IMG/VR virus record: IMGVR_UViG_3300032401_000001
Coordinates: 64,001-128,000 of that record
Length of the DNA: 64,000 nucleotides
Source of the DNA: a virus
Reading direction: 5' to 3' (one strand)
The position numbers and the translations under genes are program-made. Positions 35,974 to 43,241 of this stretch are shown piece by piece (positions within the stretch are counted from its first letter, which is position 1; every line of letters starts with the position of its first letter). The notes under the pieces are model-generated. The model was not told where the DNA came from. It saw only the letters and a program-made list of their open reading frames with translations, and made no database searches.

Positions 35974-36270
35974 ATGGACATCGGTGACGAAGTTGAAGTC
36001 GTGACCGCTGACAAGCATCACGAATGTGCTCGCATTGGTCAACGAGCGCGGGTCATTGGGCGTCAGGGACCGCTGTTGCAACTGCACCTGCGCTGTGGGC
36101 ATGTCTGGCCGATGCCCGAAGCTTCACTGCGCCAGCTCGATGCCACCGAAGTTGAAACGCCGGTGCGCGGTGAAAGCAACGCGGACCGCAAGCGTCGTGA
36201 GCAGGAAGAGGTCGAAGAGCAGAAACGCCTCGCACGAGAAGACGACCTGAGTTCTTTCGACGACGAGTGA
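35974..36270 (+). CDS. KOW/SH3-like small protein
   Basis: IGDEVEVV...GQRARVIG. Confidence 0.7.
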   Translation: MDIGDEVEVVTADKHHECARIGQRARVIGRQGPLLQLHLRCGHVWPMPEASLRQLDATEVETPVRGESNADRKRREQEEVEEQKRLAREDDLSSFDDE

Positions 36271-36301
36271 CCTGGCGGCGTGGTTGCGGTACCATGGGGA
36301 C

Positions 36302-36889
36302 ATGACACCTGACGACGAGAAGACTACGGATTCCCGGATCATCGAGAGCGCGGTGGCGGGTGCCGTAGCTGGATTGGCTGATGACGATGCGCCACTGGTG
36401 AAGGTCGAAGAGACGGCGTCACAGCGCTTCGCCAACTACTGCAAAGGCGTCGGGGGGCTCGTCAGCGGTATCACAGCGGTTGCGGCGGTGGTGCTCAGCA
36501 TCTTCGCATTGACGCGCGGTGAGCCGACAGCGAAGAAGGGCTACCAGGCCGTCGACGTGGTCGTCAAGCAACTCTCGACGGACATGCAGAAGGAACACGA
36601 CGACCGTATTCGAGTCGAGGCCCTGATGGGCAAAGACGTGACCTCAGTGCGCGAACAGCTGCAGTTGGTGGTGCAGCTGCTCTCGGTGCGCGCGACTCCG
36701 GCGGTGCGTCGACCCGTACGCTTGCCGCCGGTGACGAAGAGCAACCCGCCCACCGCCGCTCCTCCGGCACCGGCGTCACAGCCGGCGGAGATCCTGCAGA
36801 CCCTCACCTTGAAGTCGCAGGTGAAGATGACGAAGAAGGCACCGCCATCAGCGCGGCCACCGCTACGGAAGCTGCCGCCGCTTCCGTGA
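36302..36889 (+). CDS. single-TM protein with coiled coil and Pro-rich tail
   Basis: TM GGLVSGITAVAAVVLSIFAL; promoter-like cggTACCAT upstream. Confidence 0.75.
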   Translation: MTPDDEKTTDSRIIESAVAGAVAGLADDDAPLVKVEETASQRFANYCKGVGGLVSGITAVAAVVLSIFALTRGEPTAKKGYQAVDVVVKQLSTDMQKEHDDRIRVEALMGKDVTSVREQLQLVVQLLSVRATPAVRRPVRLPPVTKSNPPTAAPPAPASQPAEILQTLTLKSQVKMTKKAPPSARPPLRKLPPLP

Positions 36890-38020
36890 GTCGTGGTAGA
36901 GCGCGCGGACTCGGGCTACGGTCTCCTGGGGCTTGAGTTGCTTGCCCTGCGCTTGTGACCCTACGGACGTAGGGCCAGCGGTGCCTGGTGCCTTTGGTCG
37001 TGGCATAGTGGCCATGCTTTGATTCTGCCACAAGCTGAGATTCGCTGGTTTCCCTTTCCGTTCAGAACGTGCCAACGCGCGTCGTCGGTGCTACACCGAC
37101 AGAAGAGGCTACGGTAGAGGTGGTTGCGCCGCCGCAGTGAAACTCATCGCCCAGCTCGAGCCGGCTTCGCGGGCCTCCGGTGGTCTACCTCCTTCGTCCC
37201 AGCTCACCCGCCTCGAGCTGGGCGTATTCGCAACAACGAAGTGAACGGAATTTTGCTCGTCTGGTGTAGGGCTGTTCGTGAGTCGCGAATCACGAATCGC
37301 TGCCGCCGGCGTCACGCCGGCATTCTCGTGGGCACGAGAGTTCTCGGGTATGCGGTTGCTCGGACCAGGCCTGGTGCCGGTCCCCGCAACCAGCGATAGC
37401 AGACGAGGGTCGTCAGCCGGCTGCTGCGCCCGAAGAAGGGCTACGAATGCCCTTCTTCGCGCGCTGCCCCCCGGCTGTCGAACGTAGCAGACGAGAATGT
37501 TCTCTGCTGATGACCACCGCGTCCGGCGGTAAGTGCCCCCGGACGCCAGGTCATCAGCATGAAAACGTAGCAGACGAGAAGCGATGTGCGCGGCTGTCTA
37601 ACGTCCCGCCTCGGCTGCGCCGATCTGGGACGTCGACAGACCGTGCAACGAAGCAGACGAGCTTTGAGGCCTCAGTGCGCTGTCTGTCAGCGCTGGTAGT
37701 GCAACGCTACTCTGGTAGCTGCAGTGTGGCTCACCTCGTGATGTCGACCCGCCAGGCTGCGCTGCGCTTTCCTGGCGGTCGACATCCCTGCGGTGAAAGC
37801 CGAGCACCCACAGCCAACCGAGCTAAGTGAGGCTTCTACGAACCCTAGTACGCTGTCCCACAGCGTCGACGGCGTTACGGCCGTCTCTGGAGCTCCACTC
37901 GAGGTGACGAGGGCGCATGTCAGCTCCCAGTCGCCTCGACTGGGAACCGACATGCTTTCGGCGCCCGCCGAATGCCCAAGGCAACTGTAGGGTTCGGGAG
38001 TATCATCGGCACAGCAGCGG
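36890..38020. ncRNA. candidate very large structured non-coding region (~1.1 kb)
   Basis: Near-continuous hairpins, e.g. 37148-37160/37212-37224 (13 bp) and 37740-37756/37771-37786; no convincing ORF. Confidence 0.55.
37397..37661 (+). repeat. 4 x (AACG)TAGCAGACGAG repeats separated by unrelated hairpin spacers
   Basis: Cores at 37397, 37485, 37568, 37651 (period 88, 83, 83 nt). Confidence 0.8.
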
Positions 38021-38032
38021 AGGAGGTCGGCG

Positions 38033-38314
38033 ATGGCATACTTCGATCGCCGGGCGTGCCGGGACTACATGCACCTGGTGCTGTCACAGTTGGACGTGCC
38101 CCAGGTGCCGCTCCTATGGCACTATCTCGCGTACCGTGACGCGCGAATTCTCAGCTGCTTCGACGAAGATCAGCGCGCCAAGGTGCGTGGTCTCGTACAA
38201 GCCTGGGAGTGCCTCTTGCCGATGGAACAAGAGGACGTCATGGCGCATTTCGCTACTGTCCTCGAGGAGCTGGCGCGGCACCACGCCGCATTACCAAGTA
38301 AAGGACCTGGATGA
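38033..38314 (+). CDS. hypothetical protein
   Basis: RBS ggaggagg. Confidence 0.75.
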   Translation: MAYFDRRACRDYMHLVLSQLDVPQVPLLWHYLAYRDARILSCFDEDQRAKVRGLVQAWECLLPMEQEDVMAHFATVLEELARHHAALPSKGPG

Positions 38315-38943
38315 GCGCCAAGAACCGCAAGCAGGCTGCCAAGGCCTTTGACCAGTACCCCACTGATCCGCGCTTGGCGCGTGCCGGCTTCGAGAAGCTC
38401 TGTCAGCGGTACGGCAGCCGCCTCACGGAGATGACGACGTTCCTGGAGCCCGGTGCGGGTCGTGGTCCCTTCTGCCAGGCGGCACGTCTCTACTTGCCCA
38501 ACGTGTGCCGCGTCGTGGGCGTCGAGCGGCATGCGCCGCCACCGGACCGCTTCAAGTACGAGCTCGTGACGCAGGACTTCCTGGCATGGCAGCCCAAGTT
38601 CCGGCCCGACCTCATCGCTACCAACCCGCCGTTCACGCCGGCGGCAGAGTTCATCCGGCACAGCCAGGAACTGCTCGCGCAGGGCGGGTTGATGTTCTAC
38701 CTCATGCGCGTCGGTATCCTCGGGTCCAAGAAGCGACGTGAGCTGTGGCAGCAGGTCAACTTGCTCGAGACCTGGATCATTCGACCGCGGCCGAGCTTCC
38801 AGTACGAGGGTGGCAGCGATGCTTCGGAGTACGCATTCTTCGTGATGGACGGGCGGCAACCCAAGGCGGGGTGCAGTCAGCAGGTGCGGCAGGACTGGGT
38901 GGACTGGGACGGGGATACAGATGAGTTGTTCGAGGAGGAGTGA
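38311..38943 (+). CDS. SAM-dependent (amino/N6-type) DNA methyltransferase
   Basis: FLEPGAGRGPF (motif I), DFL, IATNPPF (motif IV). Confidence 0.85.
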   Translation: MSAKNRKQAAKAFDQYPTDPRLARAGFEKLCQRYGSRLTEMTTFLEPGAGRGPFCQAARLYLPNVCRVVGVERHAPPPDRFKYELVTQDFLAWQPKFRPDLIATNPPFTPAAEFIRHSQELLAQGGLMFYLMRVGILGSKKRRELWQQVNLLETWIIRPRPSFQYEGGSDASEYAFFVMDGRQPKAGCSQQVRQDWVDWDGDTDELFEEE

Positions 38944-39407
38944 TGGGACGCCTTCGCCACGGTCATACCCAGGGTGCGCGAATGACCGTTGAGTACCTGG
39001 CGTGGTGCAACATGATTCAGCGGTGTACGAACCCCAAGGTGCAGAGCTATGCTACGCACGGTGCTCGTGGGATCAAAGTTTGTGTGCGCTGGTTGACTGA
39101 TTTTCAGAACTTCCTGGCGGACATGGGACGGAAACCGCGTCCGAGTCATCGGTGGAGTCTTGAACGGAAGGACAACAACGGAGACTACGAACCTGGAAAT
39201 TGTTGCTGGGCAACTTCGAAAGCGCAGGGACGCAACAAGAGAGGTAATCGGCTATTCACCGTCTGGGGTCGAACTCAGTGCGCAGCTGCTTGGGCCGAAG
39301 AGTACGGAATGTCGAAGCAGACGCTGCGCGCACGCCTGCTCCGGGGTTGGTCGATGGAGCGGATTCTCACTACCCCAATTAAGTCGCCATTGCATCAAGC
39401 CTCTTGA
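38943..39407 (+). CDS. HNH-type homing endonuclease
   Basis: WCNMIQRC.NP...GARGIKVC.RW..FQNFLADMG...SLERKDNNGDYEPGNCCWAT...Q..N. Confidence 0.88.
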   Translation: MGRLRHGHTQGARMTVEYLAWCNMIQRCTNPKVQSYATHGARGIKVCVRWLTDFQNFLADMGRKPRPSHRWSLERKDNNGDYEPGNCCWATSKAQGRNKRGNRLFTVWGRTQCAAAWAEEYGMSKQTLRARLLRGWSMERILTTPIKSPLHQAS

Positions 39408-39432
39408 CGACGCTTTGTAGGCCGATTATCTT
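39404..39432 (+). promoter_or_regulatory. sigma70-like promoter
   Basis: TTGACG-17 nt-TATCTT. Confidence 0.55.
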
Positions 39433-39507
39433 ACGTAAAGTTACAGGTTTGTTGTGGCCTCCCTTCAGCCTCGTGTTCTTCCTCCTCCAGGCGGAAGAAT
39501 TGCTTGC

Positions 39508-39547
39508 AAACCCCCGGCGGGTGGCGCCTTGCCGGGGGTTTTCCTTT
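39508..39547 (+). terminator. intrinsic terminator-like hairpin upstream of the RRM gene
   Basis: aaacccccggc/gccgggggttt plus T-rich tail. Confidence 0.6.
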
Positions 39548-39589
39548 CTGCGCCACTTTTCGCAGTACGACCAAGGAGTGACTGAGAAC

Positions 39590-39958
39590 ATGCCCGACAC
39601 GAACCTCTACGTGGGCAACCTGCCCTGGGACATCACCAAGGAAGAGCTGGCGGCGCGCTTTGCGCAGTTCGGCGAAGTCCGTGGGGTACGCATCATCACC
39701 GACAAGGAGACGAGCCGATCGCGCGGCTTCGGTTTCGTCGAGTTCGCGCAGGCGGCCGACGCCCAGGCGGCCCTGGTCGAAGATGGCCAGGACTTCGGGG
39801 GCCGGGCGTTGCGCGTGAATCTCGCCAACCGCCAGAGCGAAGATCGACCGCGCAGCGGTAACGGCAACGGGCAGCGGCCCAAGAGCAACAGTGGCGGCGG
39901 CAAGCCCCGCGGCCACGGCGGCGGGCGTCCGCGCACGGCGTACGGCGACGAGGGCTGA
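39590..39958 (+). CDS. RRM (RNP-1) RNA-binding protein
   Basis: LYVGNL (RNP2), RGFGFVEF (RNP1), Gly/Arg-rich tail. Confidence 0.95.
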   Translation: MPDTNLYVGNLPWDITKEELAARFAQFGEVRGVRIITDKETSRSRGFGFVEFAQAADAQAALVEDGQDFGGRALRVNLANRQSEDRPRSGNGNGQRPKSNSGGGKPRGHGGGRPRTAYGDEG

Positions 39959-40044
39959 TGCTACGCGTCGTTGGTTGGTGTATCGTAGGACCAGTGCTAC
40001 TGTTCTTCACCATGGTAGTTCACGTGATGGAGTTCTTCTGCTGA
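39958..40044 (+). CDS. small hydrophobic peptide (28 aa)
   Basis: TGATG overlap; MLRVVGWCIVGPVLLFFTMVVHVMEFFC. Confidence 0.4.
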   Translation: MLRVVGWCIVGPVLLFFTMVVHVMEFFC

Positions 40045-40133
40045 TAGAGGCGCCCCACCGGGACCATCGGGGTATTCAACCGGACGTCGCCCACCGGCTA
40101 GTCACCGGCCGCTGCCTCGAAAGGGCGACACGA

Positions 40134-40469
40134 GGGCCTGAAACGGTTTCGACAGGGGTACAGAAGGCAGAGTAGCGTGCCGTGGTTGATCGGTGGGCCA
40201 CGTTAAAAGCCGATCAAAACCGAAAAGCGAACGACAACATCGTCCGCCAGCCCCTCCGCGCCGCGGCCTAGCCGAGGCGGGAGGAGCGGGGAAGCCCTCA
40301 GAGCTCCTGGCAACAGAAAGAGGGATGGTGGAGGCGCCGCAAGGCGCCCTGTAGCACCGGGTGAGGCTGGCCATACCGGTAACTACGCCAGCACGCCTCG
40401 CAAGAGGCTACGCACGTAGAAGCTCTACTGGAGTACTGCTGGACCCGGGTTCGACTCCCGGCAGGTCCA
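40134..40469 (+). ncRNA. ssrA: tmRNA; tag (A)ANDNIVRQPLRAAA at 40227-40271
   Basis: gggcctg/caggtcc acceptor with G3-U70, GGTTTCGAC D-like region, pk1, resume GCG AAC GAC AAC, TTCGACT T-loop. Confidence 0.95.
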
Positions 40470-40576
40470 ACTAAGCCCCGCCGGCGCGCGGTCAATCGTA
40501 TGGTAAACGCCCAGCGGCGCCGGCGGGGTGATACATTCGCTGGGCACCTCAAACTCAACATGACAGGAGCACGATC

Positions 40577-41314
40577 ATGAAGGCACAGCGGCTGAACCAG
40601 GTCATCTCCGTCGAGAAGGGCATCCGGAACAAGACCACGGAGCGCATCACGGAGCTGTATCACACCGTGCAGAAGCCGGCGCTCTTCGACGGCTTCAACA
40701 AGAAGTACCGCCCACTCGCCGAGGACGGCGAGCAGTTCCCGCCCGAGGACAAGCGGGTGCAGGTGAAGGGCATCGACGTCGTCAAGGAGCTGTTCGCGTG
40801 CATGCGCGAACTCTTCGACGTGACCCTCATCAAGGACAGCGCCAACTGCATGGCGAAGGCCGACGTGGTGGTAGGCGACAAGGTCGTCCTCAAGGACTGC
40901 CCGGCCACCTACCTGCTGTTCCTCGAGAAGCAGCTGACGGACCTCCACACCGCGATGTCGAAGATGCCGGTGCTCGACCCGGCCGAGGAGTGGGAGTTCG
41001 ACAAGAACGCGTCGCTGTACCGGACGCAGCCCGTCGAGACCGGCCGCACCAAGAAGGTGCAGAAGTCCCTGGTGCTGCTGGCGCCGACCGACAAGCACCC
41101 GGGACAGGCGCAGCTCATCACCGAGGACATGACGATCGGCTACTGGGGCACCGTGAAGTTCTCGGGGGCGATGGCACTGCCCGACAAGGAGCGGCTGCTC
41201 ATCCGCATCGAGAAGCTGCACCATGCGGTGAAGTTCGCCCGTGACGAAGCGAACACCGCCGGGGTGATCGACCGCAGCACCGAAGCGGTCTTCGACTACT
41301 TGACCAGCGCCTAG
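40577..41314 (+). CDS. conserved helical phage/bacterial protein (245 aa, RLNQVISVEKG family)
   Basis: RBS aggag; strong codon bias; resembles a widespread uncharacterised family. Confidence 0.85.
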   Translation: MKAQRLNQVISVEKGIRNKTTERITELYHTVQKPALFDGFNKKYRPLAEDGEQFPPEDKRVQVKGIDVVKELFACMRELFDVTLIKDSANCMAKADVVVGDKVVLKDCPATYLLFLEKQLTDLHTAMSKMPVLDPAEEWEFDKNASLYRTQPVETGRTKKVQKSLVLLAPTDKHPGQAQLITEDMTIGYWGTVKFSGAMALPDKERLLIRIEKLHHAVKFARDEANTAGVIDRSTEAVFDYLTSA

Positions 41315-41336
41315 CGATAGGCGTACAACGAGTTCA

Positions 41337-41510
41337 GGAGCACAAGCTCAAGCTCAAGCTCAAACTGAGAAGACCGGCGTCGGGGATACCCCCGTGGAGG
41401 TTCGAGTCCTCCGGCTCCCACTGCGTAGCGTTTTCGGGAGTCTGGCGAAATGGCAGACGCAGCCGCTGGTCGAACGTTCAAGCTCAACTTGTTGCTCCAA
41501 GCTCAAACTG
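41337..41510 (+). ncRNA. YrlA-like Y RNA 1 (circularly permuted tRNA mimic)
   Basis: Order: stem, variable arm, T arm (41396-41412), loop-closed 7-bp acceptor (41413-41442), D arm (41445-41460), stem; GTCGAACG at 41469; outer helix ggagcacaag/cttgttgctcc. Confidence 0.8.
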
Positions 41511-41533
41511 GGAACGTCGACACCGAATCGAAC

Positions 41534-41653
41534 GCGAAGCAAACCACGACGGAAACGCGGGTTCGAATCCCGCCGGGATCTCCAGGCAGTGCTGCACCCT
41601 TTGATCCTGTAGCCCAGCGGAAAGGCGCCGTCGCTCAGATCTTATCGCTTCGC
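41534..41653 (+). ncRNA. YrlA-like Y RNA 2 (circularly permuted tRNA mimic)
   Basis: T arm 41557-41573, loop-closed acceptor cgggatc/gatcctg, D arm 41612-41626, cgacgg/ccgtcg stem, outer gcgaagc/gcttcgc. Confidence 0.75.
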
Positions 41654-41723
41654 TTAAATGCCGTCGGTGGCGTATGCGTTCCAGCGCAAGAGTCACCCTT
41701 GAAAGGTGAATATCTACGCACCC

Positions 41724-41760
41724 GGCCGGGGGAGAGGATACCTCCCTCGGCCACTTTTTT
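41724..41760 (+). terminator. intrinsic terminator
   Basis: ggccggggg/ccctcggcc followed by T6. Confidence 0.75.
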
Positions 41761-41991
41761 AGCTTGACAGGCGTTTCAGATACGCTCATAGGTGGAGAAG
41801 AGGCAGATCTTCCGTGACCAGAAAAGCCACAATGACGCAGTTGCTGTCCAGCCAGGCCATTCGGCCATGGTCGGACGCGTGCGTCTTTGTGCGCCCGACC
41901 TCACAAAAGCCCGAGGGTACCGCGTACGCCAATACCCTCGGGCACGAAAGGCCACCAGGCGGCTAAGCTCGAGGGGAACTGAAGAAGAGCG

Positions 41992-42024
41992 AGGCCGCCT
42001 GGGAAAGAACCCCGGCGGCCTTTT
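41992..42024 (+). terminator. terminator-like hairpin immediately before the tRNA array
   Basis: aggccgcc/ggcggcct-ttt; alternative pairing with 41955-41963. Confidence 0.55.
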
Positions 42025-42048
42025 CGCATTTCAGGGGTACGAAGTCAC

Positions 42049-42136
42049 GCACGTGTAGGCCCGTAGGGCTCGGGGACCGGCTGTAAACCGGTTGGACACA
42101 GCGCCCAGGTTGGTTCGACTCCAGCCACGTGCACCA
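42049..42136 (+). tRNA. trnY: tRNA-Tyr(GTA)
   Basis: Cloverleaf, loop ctGTAaa, long variable arm, CCA. Confidence 0.9.
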
Positions 42137-42178
42137 TGACCAGACGATTGAAACGCGAGGCGTGTCCTGTGTTCCCAC

Positions 42179-42251
42179 GCCTCCGTGACGCAACTGGTAG
42201 CGTAGCGGGCTTTTACCCCGAAAGTTGCAGGTTCGACTCCTGCCGGAGGCA
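42179..42251 (+). tRNA. trnK: tRNA-Lys(TTT)
   Basis: Cloverleaf, loop ctTTTac. Confidence 0.9.
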
Positions 42252-42266
42252 CTGACGAGACGACAC

Positions 42267-42339
42267 ACGCGCCTAGCTCGACTGGCTGAGCACTCGGCTC
42301 TTACCCGAGAGGGTGTGGGTTCGACCCCCACGGCGCGTA
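42267..42339 (+). tRNA. trnK: tRNA-Lys(CTT)
   Basis: Cloverleaf, loop ctCTTac. Confidence 0.9.
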
Positions 42340-42346
42340 CCGATGA

Positions 42347-42419
42347 TCGGGACTAGCACAACTGGTGGTGCACACGGCTCTGACCCGTGCGGCTTCAGGT
42401 TCGAATCCTGAGTCCCGAA
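42347..42419 (+). tRNA. trnQ: tRNA-Gln(CTG)
   Basis: Cloverleaf, loop ctCTGac. Confidence 0.9.
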
Positions 42420-42472
42420 CCGAGGGTGGTTGATCACCACCGTGACAACCGAATAGTCGTCGTGGTCAGTGT

Positions 42473-42543
42473 CCACCAGTGGCTCGAAGGTCGAGCGGCT
42501 GCCTTATGAGCGGCAGGTGAGGGTTCGATTCCTTCCTGGTGGA
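42473..42543 (+). tRNA. trnI: tRNA-Ile(TAT)
   Basis: Cloverleaf, stem gctgc/gcggc, loop ctTATga. Confidence 0.85.
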
Positions 42544-42549
42544 CTTCAT

Positions 42550-42621
42550 GCCTCGTGAGCTTGTAAGGTCGAGCGCTCGCCTGAAGAGCGAGAGGGCTCC
42601 GTTCGATTCGGAGACGAGGCA
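42550..42621 (+). tRNA. trnF: tRNA-Phe(GAA)
   Basis: Cloverleaf, loop ctGAAga. Confidence 0.9.
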
Positions 42622-42628
42622 CCGACGA

Positions 42629-42700
42629 TCGGCCGTCGTCCAACGGTAGGACACTCGGCTTTGACCCGAGTAGTTGCACGTTCGAATCGTGCCGGCCGAA
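42629..42700 (+). tRNA. trnQ: tRNA-Gln(TTG)
   Basis: Cloverleaf, loop ctTTGac. Confidence 0.9.
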
Positions 42701-42704
42701 CTGA

Positions 42705-42781
42705 CGGGGTGTGGCTCAGCCTGGTAGAGCGCCTGCTTTGGGAGCAGGACGTCGCTGGTTCAAATCCAGTCACCCCGACCA
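42705..42781 (+). tRNA. trnP: tRNA-Pro(TGG)
   Basis: Canonical cloverleaf, CCA. Confidence 0.95.
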
Positions 42782-42782
42782 T

Positions 42783-42854
42783 TCTGGCGTCGCCTACTGG
42801 TAAGGCAGCCGGCTGTTAACCGGCCCTATGCAGGTTCGAATCCTGCCGCCAGAG
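42783..42854 (+). tRNA. trnN: tRNA-Asn(GTT)
   Basis: Cloverleaf, loop ctGTTaa. Confidence 0.92.
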
Positions 42855-42860
42855 CAACAC

Positions 42861-42933
42861 GCAGCTCTAGCTCATTTGGTAGAGCACTCGCCCGATAAGC
42901 GAGAGGTGCCGAGTCCGAATCTCGGGAGCTGCA
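42861..42933 (+). tRNA. trnI: tRNA-Ile(GAT)
   Basis: Cloverleaf, loop ccGATaa (C33), T-loop tccgaat. Confidence 0.88.
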
Positions 42934-42935
42934 CT

Positions 42936-43006
42936 GTGGCCGTGGCTCAATGGCTGAGCGCCGGGTTGTGGCCCCGGTTATGTGAGTTCGATTCTCACCG
43001 GTCACC
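42936..43006 (+). tRNA. trnH: tRNA-His(GTG)
   Basis: Cloverleaf, loop ttGTGgc, C73; G-1 not encoded. Confidence 0.88.
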
Positions 43007-43010
43007 CCGC

Positions 43011-43081
43011 GGGTCGATCGTCCAATGGGAGGACAGTGCTCTCGCACGGCGCAGATCGGAGTTCAACTCTCCGTCGATCCA
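43011..43081 (+). tRNA. trnA: tRNA-Ala(CGC)
   Basis: G3-U70, loop ctCGCac. Confidence 0.88.
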
Positions 43082-43085
43082 CAGA

Positions 43086-43156
43086 GGGGCCATCGTCCAA
43101 AGGGAAGATGCTGGTTCGGCAGACCAGAGATCGGGGTTCAATTCCCCGTGGCTCCA
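43086..43156 (+). tRNA. trnA: tRNA-Ala(GGC)
   Basis: G3-U70, loop tcGGCag (C33). Confidence 0.82.
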
Positions 43157-43159
43157 CGA

Positions 43160-43236
43160 GAGGTAGGAGCGGGTTCGATTCCCGCCGAGGCATCGAGCGA
43201 TGGTGCTTCGTGGTGTAACCTGGCGAGCACAACCTC
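43160..43236 (+). ncRNA. circularly permuted tRNA-like element inside the tRNA array
   Basis: gaggt, T arm (43169-43185), cgaggca, 11-nt linker, tgcttcg, D arm (43213-43230), acctc. Confidence 0.75.
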
Positions 43237-43241
43237 GTTAT

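Noticed and set aside
37397-37661. CRISPR array interpretation of the TAGCAGACGAG repeats
   Set aside because: Repeats are only 11-15 nt and non-palindromic, spacers are ~70 nt and self-folding, and no cas genes are present
42425-42441. Isolated stem-loop ggtgg-ttGATca-ccacc resembling a free anticodon arm
   Set aside because: A 5-bp hairpin can easily arise by chance and the other tRNA arms are absent
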